From: Desulfatiglandales bacterium
GTDB taxonomy: Bacteria > Desulfobacterota > DSM-4660 > Desulfatiglandales > HGW-15
Reading direction: 5' to 3'
Assembly: GCA_963667015.2 (NCBI GenBank)
Contig: CAXXJJ010000001.1
Span: 1,824,001 to 1,888,000 of the forward strand
Length of the DNA: 64,000 bases
Part shown: piece by piece, positions 43,392 to 54,143 of the stretch
Position numbering within the stretch: the first letter of the stretch is position 1
How the letters are laid out: every line of letters starts with the position of its first letter
Notes under the pieces: generated by a model
Databases searched by the model: none
Told to the model about the DNA's origin: nothing
What the model saw: the letters and a program-made list of their open reading frames with translations, nothing else
Made by a program: the position numbers and the translations under genes

Positions 43392-43655
43392 CTATTCATC
43401 GAATAATTCATCGAGCGTATAGATCTTTGTTTTTTTGTCTTTAAGTGCCTTTAAGCCTTTTTTGATCTCCTTGATAAAATCCGGATCAGAATTGATCAGT
43501 ATTGTTTCTTTCCAGCCTTCATATTCATCAGGGCTTACCATTACAGCAGCAGGTCTTCCATTTTTTGTTATGATTATTTCTTCGTCCAGATTATTAACCC
43601 GGTCAACAAGGCTGCTTAATTTCATTTTTGCCTCTGAAAGTGATAATGTCTCCAT
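43392..43655 (-). CDS. Phd/YefM antitoxin (start 43655, SD GGAGG)
   Basis: LSEAKMKLSSLV, IIITKNGRPAAVMVS. Confidence 0.92.
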   Translation of the reverse strand: METLSLSEAKMKLSSLVDRVNNLDEEIIITKNGRPAAVMVSPDEYEGWKETILINSDPDFIKEIKKGLKALKDKKTKIYTLDELFDE

Positions 43656-43904
43656 ATTTTGACCTCCATTATAGTAGACTAAAATACTAGTCATTATATC
43701 CGGCTCACAAAAGTGAGTCAATTATTTATTTGATAGCACGAGCTGAAAGAAAATCGGTCAAATATCCAGGGGCTGTAGATATTAATTATAATGATTATAA
43801 ATGCCCTCAAATAATCTTGAAAAGATAATTTGCCCTTGACTTACGCCTGGTAAAGAAGGAAAATTGTCTAAAAAAACCAACATTAAAATAGATATGAGTG
43901 TATA

Positions 43905-44252
43905 GTGATGGAAAAAATAAACACAAGCTGGGCGGCAATGAGTGACAGGGCTATAATTTCTGCTATTGGCAGCTATATTAAAGAAAAACGATTATCGATC
44001 AATATGACACAGACCCGGGTTTCTGAAAAAGCCGGTATAAACAGGTCCACCCTGGTCAAGATCGAAAATGGCGAGTCAATTACCCTGATATCACTGATAC
44101 AGATATTGCGGGCATTGGATTTGCTGGATATTTTTCAGGTTTTTAAAATAGAAAAAATAGTAAGTCCGATAGAACTGGCGAAAATAGAAAAAAAGAAACG
44201 ACAGAGGGCAAGGGGAAACATGGAAAATAAAATGCCCGAAAGTGACTGGTAA
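43905..44252 (+). CDS. XRE/HipB-like HTH antitoxin
   Basis: MTQTRVSEKAGINRSTLVKIENG; coupled to hipA. Confidence 0.88.
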   Translation: MMEKINTSWAAMSDRAIISAIGSYIKEKRLSINMTQTRVSEKAGINRSTLVKIENGESITLISLIQILRALDLLDIFQVFKIEKIVSPIELAKIEKKKRQRARGNMENKMPESDW

Positions 44253-45541
44253 TGCAATTAACAGCAAATATTTTTATATGGGGTGAATTTGTCGGGGCAG
44301 CAGCCTGGGATGAGAGTGCGCAGGCTGCCAGTTTTGAGTACGATCCTGGTTTTGTCTCCAGAAAATGGGATTTATCACCTGTTAAAATGCCCCTGGATCA
44401 CTCCAGAAGGATTTTTTCATTTCCTGAATTAAGAAGACTGGAAGCTTTTAAAGGATTACCCGGATTGCTTGCTGATGTTTTACCGGACAGGTACGGCAAC
44501 AGGTTGATAAATGCCTGGCTGGCTCAACATGGGAGACCTGAAAACAGCTTTAATCCGGTTGAACTGCTTCGCTTTATCGGAACACGAGGTATGGGAGCGC
44601 TTGAGTTTGAGCCTGTTTTGTTTAAGTCAGATAAGAGAGCATTTAATGTTGAGCTGGACAGTCTCGTCGAAATAACTCAAAAGATGCTGAATATCAGAGA
44701 GGGGTTTGAAGCAGATCTGCTGGAAAATGAAGAGGCTGCCATGAGAGAAATATTACGCATCGGTACCTCGGCAGGCGGTGCAAGGCCTAAGGCAATTATT
44801 GCCTATAATGAAAAAACAGGACAGGTAAAATCCGGACAGACCAAAGCTCCCAAAGGTTTTACACATTGGTTAATTAAACTGGATGGCGTAAGTGATGATC
44901 AATTCGGTAAAACACTCGGGTATGGCCGGGTGGAAATGGCTTATTATAATATGGCGGTTGCCTGCGGAATTGAAATGATGGAAAGCCGACTGCATGAGGA
45001 GAATGGCCGCGCCCATTTTATGACAAGAAGGTTTGATCGTGAAGGCGACCGGAAGCATCATATTCAAACCCTGTGTGCACTGCAGCATTATGACTATAAT
45101 GATATTTTCAGTTACAGCTATGAACAGCTTTTTCAGACCATGCGAATACTAAGGCTTCCCTATCCACAGGCAGAGCAGCTGTATCGTCGCATGGTATTCA
45201 ATGTGCTGGCCAGAAATTGTGATGACCACACAAAAAATTTTGCTTTCCGCCTTAAAAAAGATCAGGAATGGGAGCTTGCTCCGGCTTATGATGTTTGTCA
45301 TGCCTATAGGCCTGGCAGTGAATGGGTGAGTCAACATTCCTTAAGTATTAATGGAAAAAGAACCGGTATTAAAAGGGATGACTTATTGAGTGTTGCAAAA
45401 GCCATGAATATAAAAAAAGCTGACAGTATAGTTAAGGAAATTGATATCACTGTTTCAAGGTGGCCTGAATTTGCCGATGAATTAAATGTGAGTTCCAAAT
45501 TAAGAGATAACATTAGTGAAACACTTATTTCTTATATTTAG
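44252..45541 (+). CDS. hipA: HipA family kinase toxin
   Basis: LPDRYGN, GTSAGGARPK, RRFDR, NCDDHTKNF, LAPAYD. Confidence 0.95.
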   Translation: MQLTANIFIWGEFVGAAAWDESAQAASFEYDPGFVSRKWDLSPVKMPLDHSRRIFSFPELRRLEAFKGLPGLLADVLPDRYGNRLINAWLAQHGRPENSFNPVELLRFIGTRGMGALEFEPVLFKSDKRAFNVELDSLVEITQKMLNIREGFEADLLENEEAAMREILRIGTSAGGARPKAIIAYNEKTGQVKSGQTKAPKGFTHWLIKLDGVSDDQFGKTLGYGRVEMAYYNMAVACGIEMMESRLHEENGRAHFMTRRFDREGDRKHHIQTLCALQHYDYNDIFSYSYEQLFQTMRILRLPYPQAEQLYRRMVFNVLARNCDDHTKNFAFRLKKDQEWELAPAYDVCHAYRPGSEWVSQHSLSINGKRTGIKRDDLLSVAKAMNIKKADSIVKEIDITVSRWPEFADELNVSSKLRDNISETLISYI

Positions 45542-45748
45542 ACGGGGCAGGTTCTTATTGTGAATAGCTGGACAATGCTTTAATTATTACCGAACCAACA
45601 GCAATCATAACTGGACACAACTTGAACGGGTAAGGTAAATCCTTGAAAGGTGTACCAGGCTGATGAGCTGCCTGTTGAGGTTTGAGATGCCGCAGGCATA
45701 TTTCTCGTGAAAAGTGGGCGTTAACTTTGCTTATACTTTTTTACCAGC

Positions 45749-46423
45749 CTATACCAGCATCAGTGATTCAATATCCGCCAGTGAAAGCTCTTTGAGAGTG
45801 GCCACACTCCTGTCGGCTTCACTGAGATGATCGTGGGTGGAGAGCACTCCGACACCACCCATTCCTGCTCTGCGGGCAGCCTCAAGGCCTGCCGGGGCAT
45901 CCTCCAGCACCATACAGCGTGCGGGAGAAACGCCGAGTTTTTGAGCGGCGGTGATACATCCCTCAGGATGAGGTTTCCCATGGCTGACATCTTCGGCACA
46001 TACCATAACCGCGAATGTATCAGGGCGGCCCAGCACTTCCAGGATGGTGGATATGTTTTTACGTGGTGCAGATGAGACTATTGCCTGGGGCCAGCCCTTA
46101 GCTTTAGCCTGATCTATGAGCTGCCCCGCACCGGGCAGAAGCTGAACCCCGTTTTCTTTTAACACATCCCTGAACACCTGCTCCTTGGCATCGCCGATCC
46201 TTACTACATCAGCATCAGGCAGGCCTGCGCCTAACAGGCTGCGTAATATGGAGTCATTCCGCTGGCCGAAGGTTTTGAGAAAGGTTTCCCAATCCAGATC
46301 ATAATTTTCAGCGGCCAGGATTTCTTTCCAGGCCAGCCAGTGTGCCTCGCGGGTATCGACCATGGTTCCGTCCATATCCCATATCAGGGCAAAGGTATTT
46401 TTTGTTTTCATATTTGTTTCCAT
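45749..46423 (-). CDS. HAD phosphatase (beta-phosphoglucomutase-like)
   Basis: DMDGTMVDT, GKPHPE, EDAPAG. Confidence 0.92.
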   Translation of the reverse strand: METNMKTKNTFALIWDMDGTMVDTREAHWLAWKEILAAENYDLDWETFLKTFGQRNDSILRSLLGAGLPDADVVRIGDAKEQVFRDVLKENGVQLLPGAGQLIDQAKAKGWPQAIVSSAPRKNISTILEVLGRPDTFAVMVCAEDVSHGKPHPEGCITAAQKLGVSPARCMVLEDAPAGLEAARRAGMGGVGVLSTHDHLSEADRSVATLKELSLADIESLMLV

Positions 46424-46447
46424 TCGAATATTTTTTTTAGTTTATTA

Positions 46448-48117
46448 CCTGAATTTTGCACGAAAACGCATTTTCTATAGTTTATTATTCAATTTTTATA
46501 AAGCTTATTTCTCCGTGCAAGAAATTTTGTGCACGAAGTACAACCAACTCAAATTACAGCTAAATTATTGCCGCACCAAGGTTTAGGCACTGCTCTCTTC
46601 ATATCCAAATATTCCATGAACGACAGTAAGGCAGGTGTTCGGCTATCATGGATAGAGTACCTGACTTTATTCCGGTTTGATGCCATGACAACCTTTGCGG
46701 CAATCATCAGCAAACGCAACCTTGCTATACGAACAGTATTTGTTTTTATCCCTTTAAGTGAAGCAGCCTGCGGTGCTGCCTCATCAGGTTGTTTGTCTTT
46801 GCAACTATTCTCAGCCATTATTTTCAAGTAGCGCCAGATATTATAGGCCAGCATTACAACTTGAAAATAAGCATAGTTATTTTTGAAACGTGATGAAGGA
46901 ATGGCGTCAAGCCCTTCACGTTTTGATTCACCCACCAGGTTTTCAACATCTGCACGTTTATCATACAGGGCAATGACCTTATGAGCTTTTTGCCTGAGAT
47001 CAGTGCTGAATATACGATAAGTATATTTATCTTCTTCAAACAGTTCGTACTGAGTATTTTGATCTTTGATATTTTCTTTGGGCATTCTCATTGCAACAAA
47101 CCTGACAGGTTCCTCCCACCCCTGAGGCTGGTATACGCAACTGTTGTACTCACACGCCTGTTTTTTGTTAGGCTGATACCAAAGTCGGGGATCAAATGGA
47201 GGATTGCATCCTTTGTTAGCAAAAATAAAATTATAGCCTTCTTCTATGCATTCATGAACACTTTCTGCACTTTGGAATTCCCCATCCCCACGTACCAAAA
47301 CCTGTTCAACGCAGCCAGGCAGCTGGCTTTTTATTTGGGAAATAAATTCCGCAGTTTCGATGCCTCCCATGGTTTCACCTCTACGAAGTTTGCCGATCAG
47401 ATATTCCCTGCTTTCCTCAATAAAACACAGGACTGGTCGATAGCCTTTCTTTCCGCGGTTTTTAGTGTTGTGGCCTTTCCGAGCCCCCTGTTGATCTCCA
47501 AAAACTGTCTCGACTGTTGTGTCTATATCTAAGCAAACTTTGCGATAAGAAATATTGTTAAGGCTCCAGACACGCTCTCTAAGGACTGCCATTACATTCA
47601 GTAAGGATTTCCCCTGATTGAGACCCATACTATTAACGTATCGCCAAAAAGTACTGGCAACAGGCAAGCTGGTAACCCTAAAAAATCCGCAAAGCATCGA
47701 ATCAAAACGTAAATATGAAAAATGCCATACCCTGTTGAAGCCTATAAATAGTAGCGTCAGCAGACCGACTACCATAGAATAGTGTCCCAGCTTGGGTTTC
47801 CGGCTAGGGGCTTTATATACAGATTCAAATATTTCCCGAAAATCAATCAGGTCTATAAATTTTATAATGGCCAAAAGCCCGCCAAATGGGCTTAGCTGTT
47901 CACTGCATGTGTCATATGCTGTAGATGCATTGATATTTCTGGCATTTGAGTGATCTGTCTGGGTTCCTTTATTGTTGTACTTCTTAGTGAATTTTGATTT
48001 ATTAGCTTTTACCATCTGGGTATCTCCTGTATTTATGGTTGTCTTTGTCAACTCCCATAATAACAGCGGTTCCCAGATGGTTTCTATGTTTTTTTATTTT
48101 TTAATGCAAAATTCAGG
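46448..48117 (-). mobile_element. IS1380-family insertion sequence, 1670 bp
   Basis: Terminal IRs CCTGAATTTTGCA; 5-bp TATTA target duplication at 46443-46447 and 48118-48122. Confidence 0.93.
46549..48051 (-). CDS. IS1380 DDE transposase
   Basis: LDIDTT, VRGDGEF, YDKRADVENLVGE. Confidence 0.92.
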   Translation of the reverse strand: MTKTTINTGDTQMVKANKSKFTKKYNNKGTQTDHSNARNINASTAYDTCSEQLSPFGGLLAIIKFIDLIDFREIFESVYKAPSRKPKLGHYSMVVGLLTLLFIGFNRVWHFSYLRFDSMLCGFFRVTSLPVASTFWRYVNSMGLNQGKSLLNVMAVLRERVWSLNNISYRKVCLDIDTTVETVFGDQQGARKGHNTKNRGKKGYRPVLCFIEESREYLIGKLRRGETMGGIETAEFISQIKSQLPGCVEQVLVRGDGEFQSAESVHECIEEGYNFIFANKGCNPPFDPRLWYQPNKKQACEYNSCVYQPQGWEEPVRFVAMRMPKENIKDQNTQYELFEEDKYTYRIFSTDLRQKAHKVIALYDKRADVENLVGESKREGLDAIPSSRFKNNYAYFQVVMLAYNIWRYLKIMAENSCKDKQPDEAAPQAASLKGIKTNTVRIARLRLLMIAAKVVMASNRNKVRYSIHDSRTPALLSFMEYLDMKRAVPKPWCGNNLAVI

Positions 48118-48273
48118 TATTAAACGACGCATACTACCAGCAAGGTATTCCCCGGTCAATATTCTCCGGATCAAATGAAAAATAAGTTGAAAACGACAAT
48201 GTCGCGTCCCGGTTAACCAAAAACAAGGCAGGTTTAACACTTACAATTGAAAACAGGAGGATTGTTCTCGATC

Positions 48274-48510
48274 ATGGAAGTATTAACAAATGATTTATTC
48301 AAGAAAGCACTTGGGCTGAATGAAAAAGATCGTGCTGCTTTGGCTGGACTATTAATCGAAAGCCTTGACGACACACCTATTGAAGAGATCGAATCTGTCC
48401 GGAAAGCTGAAGTAGCAAAGCGGGTAAAAGAATTGGACTCCGGAGAGGTAACAGCTATTCTTTACTGTCTTCGAGGTATCGTGCCTTTTCATTTAAAGTT
48501 TTTGCTATGA
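48274..48510 (+). pseudogene. Addiction-module antitoxin (TIGR02574-like), C-terminus apparently replaced, no toxin
   Basis: ALGLNEKDRAALAGLLIESLD...EVAKRVKELDSGEVTAI followed by an unrelated tail. Confidence 0.7.
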
Positions 48511-48630
48511 TCTCAGATTACCGACATCCGACCTCTATCTTTTCCCCTTGCTTTTTCAATCCATTAGTCTTAAATTTTTTACCCAGTTAAATCCTTGAGG
48601 ATCTCAAGGAAAGATTTAGAAGATCAAATC

Positions 48631-48722
48631 TTATTTAACAGGGCTCAAACGGGAATTCATTTGTTTTTGAATTATAATGTTGATCTACTGGCAAGAGTCA
48701 AGAGCGGACTTGACCTCTTAAA
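48631..48722. repeat. About 90-bp repeat, second copy at 59335-59425
   Basis: ttatttaacagggc...catttgtttttgaattatRatgttgatYtactggcaagagtcaagagYggacttgaccYctta in both copies. Confidence 0.9.
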
Positions 48723-48739
48723 TTTAGGGAGGTGTATCA

Positions 48740-49213
48740 ATGGTCTTAAAAAGGCTGGAAATAGGATATGATTTTATTGAAGCATTCGGTCGGGATCTCT
48801 TTTATGACGACTTAAATGTGCAATCGAGTTTTCTGGATACTGAGACAGGTGAAATGATATGGATATATGAAGATGGTGAAGATGTCGAGCTTACATATGG
48901 AATTACAGAAGAGGAAAACACTGCAAATCGAAAACGTGTTGAAGATAATCCGGAACGATATCTTGAAGTCAAGGGATTAGAACATGGAGAACACCACGGC
49001 ATTCTATTGGAATTTCTCGATTCTTACTGGACTGAGGACGAAGAGCTCAGGCGTAAAGCTAATGAAGCGTATTCAGGTTCAATTGGAAGATGGAAAGAAG
49101 CAGTCGATAACGATGATGCTGTACGTTCATACTATGATTACCGTGATCATGAAATTGAGTCAATGGCTGTAGAATTTTTTCGTAAAAACGGAATAGAGCC
49201 TGTATGGAAATAA
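48740..49213 (+). CDS. UPF0158-like acidic protein
   Basis: FLDTETGEMIW, NPERYLEV, FFRKNGIEP; SD GGGAGG. Confidence 0.7.
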   Translation: MVLKRLEIGYDFIEAFGRDLFYDDLNVQSSFLDTETGEMIWIYEDGEDVELTYGITEEENTANRKRVEDNPERYLEVKGLEHGEHHGILLEFLDSYWTEDEELRRKANEAYSGSIGRWKEAVDNDDAVRSYYDYRDHEIESMAVEFFRKNGIEPVWK

Positions 49214-49575
49214 ATTGGCTATAGGTGGGGCAGACCCCGGTTTTTCACAGTCATGTCTATTTCCTTTTGAATCTATTTGATAAGGGGCTGACGCCATTAA
49301 TTTTGCAAGTGGGGGTTGGGCCTGACTAATACAGTTAATTTATCATCAGCTGCATAAATATCCGTTACCTCGAACTTTATAGTTAATAAATTACCTGAAT
49401 AATCTGTCTCTACCGGATTTATCTCCTTAAGATCAATCGGGTATTCAACATTAATTAAAACTCCAAACAATGCATTTATAAGGATTTCTTTATAGCTCGT
49501 ATTTTGGGTCACATCCTGGGTTTTAAGGTGCGGAGTGATGTAAAAAATCTTTTTTTCAGCATCAAATCGAAAATA

Positions 49576-50692
49576 TTAACCCGGCAACAAAATACTTAAC
49601 AAATGGATCGTATTTTGTTATAACACGATCATGGAAAAAATAGACGCAAGGAAACTCAGCACTGATGCCCAACAACAAATTCGTAATCAAGTCATTCGAC
49701 TCCGAAAACAGGGACGAACGCATAATGAGATCAGTGCCATTACAGGAGTGAGCCGATCCATTTGCAGTACATGGTGGGCTCTTTATCAAAAAGAAGGTAA
49801 TAAAGCCCTTAAAATTAAAAAGCGTGGCCGTCCAAAGGGCAGTTGCCGCACGTTGACACCTGATCAGGAAAAAGAATTGCAAAAAGCTATACAAGACAAA
49901 TGCCCTGACCAAATGAAATTACCATTTGCTTTGTGGACACGCATTGCCGTACAGCAACTCATCAAACAATTGTGGAATATAGATATGCCGATCAGAACTG
50001 TTGGCGAGTATCTGAACAGATGGAATTTTACTCCACAAAAACCACTGAAGAAAGCCTATAAACAAAATCCAAAAGCAGTCAAAGCTTGGTTGGAGACAGA
50101 ATACTCGGATATTTCCAAACGTGCAAAAAAAGAGACCGCGGAAATTCATTGGGGGGATGAGACTGGATTGTGTAACGACAGTTACCATGGAAGAAGTTAC
50201 GCTCCTCGTGGTGAAACACCGGCGATTAGGCTTCATCCCAGGTGCCAGCGCGTCAACCTGATTTCCTCTGTCACCAATCAAGGTAAAGTTCGTTTTATGG
50301 TTTATAAAAACAAGATGAATTCCCAAACGATGATCAAATTCATGGAACGATTGATCAAAGATGCTGATAAAAAAATCTTTTTGATTGTAGATAATTTGAA
50401 AGTCCATCATAGCTATATTGTCAAAGACTGGCTGAAAGAACATGAAGACAAAATTGAGTTGTTCTTTCTTCCATCATATTCACCGGAATTAAATCCTGAT
50501 GAATACCTAAACTGCGACCTAAAGGTCGGTGTACATTCTGGTATTCCAGCCAGAACAAAAAAAGAACTCAAGCAAAAAGCTATTTCTCATTTGAGAAAGC
50601 TTCAAAAACTACCTGGACGTGTTAAAAAATATTTTAAACACCCTAAGATTGCTTATGCTGCTTGATAGTCTCCTATTTAATTGCCGGGTTAA
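49576..50692 (+). mobile_element. IS630-family insertion sequence, 1117 bp
   Basis: IRs TTAACCCGGCAA; TA duplication at 49574-49575 and 50693-50694. Confidence 0.94.
49631..50665 (+). CDS. IS630 transposase
   Basis: WGDETG, IVDNLKVH, LPSYSPELNPDE. Confidence 0.95.
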   Translation: MEKIDARKLSTDAQQQIRNQVIRLRKQGRTHNEISAITGVSRSICSTWWALYQKEGNKALKIKKRGRPKGSCRTLTPDQEKELQKAIQDKCPDQMKLPFALWTRIAVQQLIKQLWNIDMPIRTVGEYLNRWNFTPQKPLKKAYKQNPKAVKAWLETEYSDISKRAKKETAEIHWGDETGLCNDSYHGRSYAPRGETPAIRLHPRCQRVNLISSVTNQGKVRFMVYKNKMNSQTMIKFMERLIKDADKKIFLIVDNLKVHHSYIVKDWLKEHEDKIELFFLPSYSPELNPDEYLNCDLKVGVHSGIPARTKKELKQKAISHLRKLQKLPGRVKKYFKHPKIAYAA

Positions 50693-51222
50693 TATATATC
50701 CCAGTCATTAAGCATATCAATGTTTCCAAGCTTTATTTTTGATACGTAATTGCCAATTTCCAGATTATATATGACGTCTTTTCCATAAATATTTGAAGAC
50801 AGTGAGATTTTATCTTTTTCAATTTTGACGTTTTTTATAGATCTAATCCATATAGGTCCTGAAAAGTTATTGACATCTTTTATCTCATAGGGGAGCAGTC
50901 TGGTCACAAATTTTGCAAGGCTCTGCGCTGAGAGCACAATAGCAATATTTTCATCATCATTTTTTTGTCCGAAAGTGTTTAAACTGAACAAAAAAATGAA
51001 AACCAGGCATAGCAGGATCCTGTATCTTCTTTTCATATCTCTACCAATCCGAATCACCCACAACCATGATTCCTTGAAAATAATTACAGTTTGAACATCA
51101 TTGTTCTTACATATTTATTATTACACTGTACAATATTATAAAACAATGAAGAAGGAGCCACCACCGATTCAATATTGTAATTGAGACAATGGCAACGACT
51201 AAGATAAGTAAGGAAGAATGGG

Positions 51223-51262
51223 TGTCAGGTCTTCACATTTCACAGCCAGTGAAGACCTGACA
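51223..51262. repeat. 14-bp perfect inverted repeat
   Basis: TGTCAGGTCTTCAC-N12-GTGAAGACCTGACA. Confidence 0.9.
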
Positions 51263-51271
51263 TCGTTGCTG

Positions 51272-52038
51272 TTACCCAATAAGTTCTCTCAATAAATTCA
51301 TATATGTATCTACAGACGCAAGAGATACTGATTCCTTCATGGTGTGGTATCCAGTGGTAGGTATCTGTATTGTGGTGCCGCCGACCAGCCCGTTTGAAGC
51401 CGCAATGATTCTTCCCAATTCCGTGCTGCCCAAAGATTTAGGAGCCTTACCCGATTTTATTAATTTATCATTTGCCTGTTCAATGTAATTGTCTTTATAC
51501 AGATAACTATAGCCTTTTTCCCGGCATAAATTTTCAATACGCTGGGTGCTTTCAATATTGAAAGGAGCGTGTGCATCCTTTTTTCTGAGTATAAGTAATT
51601 GTGCATTCGCAGCCTCAACATCAGAAAATGGACTGGTATCGAGTACAAACAACCGGTTAGTAGAACCACCAAATCTACGAAACCATTCAAGTAAATAACG
51701 CCAGCTTTTACCCGCTTCCTCCTGTGCAGTAAAAAATGCGGTACCTTTAAAACCAAGGCTGAATAAATGCACCAGTACAGCAGCAGATATGACATTATCC
51801 AACTGCCCCTCAAGCCTTTCATTGACAATATTTAACTTGTCCTTGAACGCTACAGGTGTACCGGCAACAATATATTCAAGTCCTTCAACTTCAAAAATCA
51901 GGTTGTTGCGGTAGTCACATACATATGATCGTTTGATTACACCACTGCCTCTATACACGCCAGACCATGGCTCATAAGCGTATACCTGCTCGCCTGCCGC
52001 AGTATTATTTTTAGTAAATCCAGAAATTCTTCATTCAT
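51272..52038 (-). pseudogene. M42-like peptidase with internal deletion/frameshift
   Basis: MNEEFLDLLKIILRQ from ATG 52038 abuts out of frame on AGEQVYAYEPWSG...; QLDN, AQEE, LDTS, GYH metal-ligand motifs. Confidence 0.75.
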
Positions 52039-52475
52039 TATCTACTCTCTCACAAAGTTTGGTTTAGTTCCCAACCCTGGCGATAACCAGTCAGGTATGT
52101 GTTTCTGCCGGGCATGGGGCGGTTACTGATTGGTAATGAGGTTTACTTTCACACAAATTCTTTGCAAAGTCCATATCCCTGCTCTCGGGGGAAACTTAAA
52201 ACTGTAAATGTGTCATAAACTTTAGCATTAAACTTTTTACCAAAAGAAGGGCCACCAGGCCTCGCTAATGGGATTTCGCACTATGGAAGACCCCATAGAC
52301 TACTTCTCCTGGATTATTGTTCCATTAAAATTAAAAATAATATTGAGTATTTTTTAATGGGGGGTTATTTTTCCCCTTGACGTCCCCTTTAATGGATGAC
52401 CCCTTTATTAAAACATTTTAAAAGAAACGAAAGTCTGAAGATGGATAACCGGACTGTTTATAAATGAGGATTTAA

Positions 52476-53210
52476 ATGAAAGTAAAAATATCCACTGTAA
52501 GATTTTATCTGTTTTTTGTTTTCTGTTTTATTTTCTCAATTACCCTGTACGGCTGTCTGGATAAGGATCAAAATTATCCAGGAGAAAATCCTGGTAAAGA
52601 GAGTTCTATCTCAGAAGGTGACTGGACTTATACCAGAACTGTTACAAATCCGGGCACGCGCAGTGAAGGTTCTATCGGCCGGCTGTTTTATAAGAACAGG
52701 CCTGTACCGGCACCGGAAAATTTATCCGACTATTATGACACCCCCATAGGCCTGTTTTACTATGCGGGAACAAAGGGCAATCCATGGGATGATAAAGGAT
52801 GGATTTTGGGACTAAAGGGAGAAACTCCTGCAGGAAAGGCCATGGAATATCCCGATGAAAAAACATCCCCCGCGGATCAAACAAAACAACACATGGAAGA
52901 GATAATTAAAAAATTAAGCAAAAAGGTGTCCCGGCCGGGAGTTTTTGATGAGATGGAAACTGAGAATTTTATAAAGGAACTGGACCCCTGGGGAAATGCC
53001 TACAGTATTTATTTTGACAGAAGGGGAGGCGAGGGGGCCGGTGAAGTATTCCGGTTAATTCTTAAAAGCGCCGGCCCTGACAAACAGTTCAACAGTAAAG
53101 ATGACATCGAGTGTGGTTCCGGTTTTTTTCCTGTCCCCGGCGCTCAAAATTTAATTGGACCTGATGACATGCTGCCGGAGACCGGCCCGGTTACTGAAGA
53201 ACCCTCCTGA
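52476..53210 (+). CDS. Lipoprotein with GspG-like C-terminal motif
   Basis: Lipobox LYGC; LDPWGNAY...LKSAGPDKQFNSKDDI. Confidence 0.7.
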   Translation: MKVKISTVRFYLFFVFCFIFSITLYGCLDKDQNYPGENPGKESSISEGDWTYTRTVTNPGTRSEGSIGRLFYKNRPVPAPENLSDYYDTPIGLFYYAGTKGNPWDDKGWILGLKGETPAGKAMEYPDEKTSPADQTKQHMEEIIKKLSKKVSRPGVFDEMETENFIKELDPWGNAYSIYFDRRGGEGAGEVFRLILKSAGPDKQFNSKDDIECGSGFFPVPGAQNLIGPDDMLPETGPVTEEPS

Positions 53211-53219
53211 TATATCAGA

Positions 53220-54125
53220 TCAAATAGAGTCTTTGCCTGTAAGATCCACAGCGGAACCATTCCCTGGTTTTTCTTTATAAAGCCTTTCCACTTCATCCCG
53301 GGACAGTCCCCTGTTAAATATCATGACATCATCAATCTTTCCGGACCATGGGAAATAATTACTTCCATCATAGCCGTTACCAATGGAAAGATACCTGTCT
53401 GTGTGACTGATCGTTGCCTTGGTATTATTTTTTGCTTCAAGTTCCCCATTATAATACATTCGGAGTTCTTCGCCATCGTATGTGACACAGATATGCTGCC
53501 AGTCATTGGTCAGTTTGGAGGTTGTCTGTACCCATAAAGTCTTTTTATCAGTTGACCAGGAATCAAGTGCGATGGTTTTTTCTTTATGGTTATAGATTAA
53601 CGCATAACCTTTTTTTTGATTGAAGTTGTATTTATCAATAATTCTGGCCCAGAGTTTTGGATTATCACCCTTAACCCATGCGGCTAATGTAAACATTTTG
53701 AAATGCTGTCCCGGCTGGTCCTCGATTTTAACATACTGGGATTTATTTCCTGTGCAGTTCAATGCCTGATTCGGTTGATTGAATCGATCTTCTGTAAATC
53801 CAATGCCTCCGACTGAAGCACCATTGTTATTATTTTTGCTTGAATCTTTGAGGTTACCATCAAACCGGTATTCAGCGATAATGCCATTTTCTCCTTCAGG
53901 CTCAACAGCAGCCGGAGCCCCTGTGCCCCGGCCGATACAGGCTGACTGGATATCTGCCCTGGGAATTTTCAGGGTGCCGTATTCTGTTTCTATTTCAAGG
54001 GATGTTTTATCTACAGATGTTATAGTCCCGGACAATGTGTTTCCTTTTTTCAGGATGACCTCGTCCGCCACAGCGCTTGAACATAAAAATAATAAGAGGA
54101 ACAAAGAAGCAATAAGCGATTTCAT
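53220..54125 (-). CDS. Secreted LamG/concanavalin-like domain protein
   Basis: Signal peptide; YRFDGNLKDSS, FTLAAWVK, WQHICVTYDG, GKIDDVMIFNRGLS. Confidence 0.88.
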   Translation of the reverse strand: MKSLIASLFLLLFLCSSAVADEVILKKGNTLSGTITSVDKTSLEIETEYGTLKIPRADIQSACIGRGTGAPAAVEPEGENGIIAEYRFDGNLKDSSKNNNNGASVGGIGFTEDRFNQPNQALNCTGNKSQYVKIEDQPGQHFKMFTLAAWVKGDNPKLWARIIDKYNFNQKKGYALIYNHKEKTIALDSWSTDKKTLWVQTTSKLTNDWQHICVTYDGEELRMYYNGELEAKNNTKATISHTDRYLSIGNGYDGSNYFPWSGKIDDVMIFNRGLSRDEVERLYKEKPGNGSAVDLTGKDSI

Positions 54126-54143
54126 ACTATTATCCTTTCATGA

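Larger units (their letters stand above)
49297..51036 (-). pseudogene. 206-aa secreted hypothetical protein gene split by IS630
   Basis: Removing the IS and one TA joins ...NDWDIY to FRFDAEKKIFYITPHLKTQDVTQN... in frame. Confidence 0.88.

Noticed and set aside
45650..45725. Hammerhead ribozyme (CTGATGA...GAAA) or attC site
   Set aside because: Stems II and III do not pair properly, and the attC boxes are not complementary.
52250..52300. Group II intron 5' end (minus-strand GTGCG after a small hairpin) or riboswitch
   Set aside because: No RT ORF, domain V or recognisable riboswitch consensus; would need an Rfam scan.
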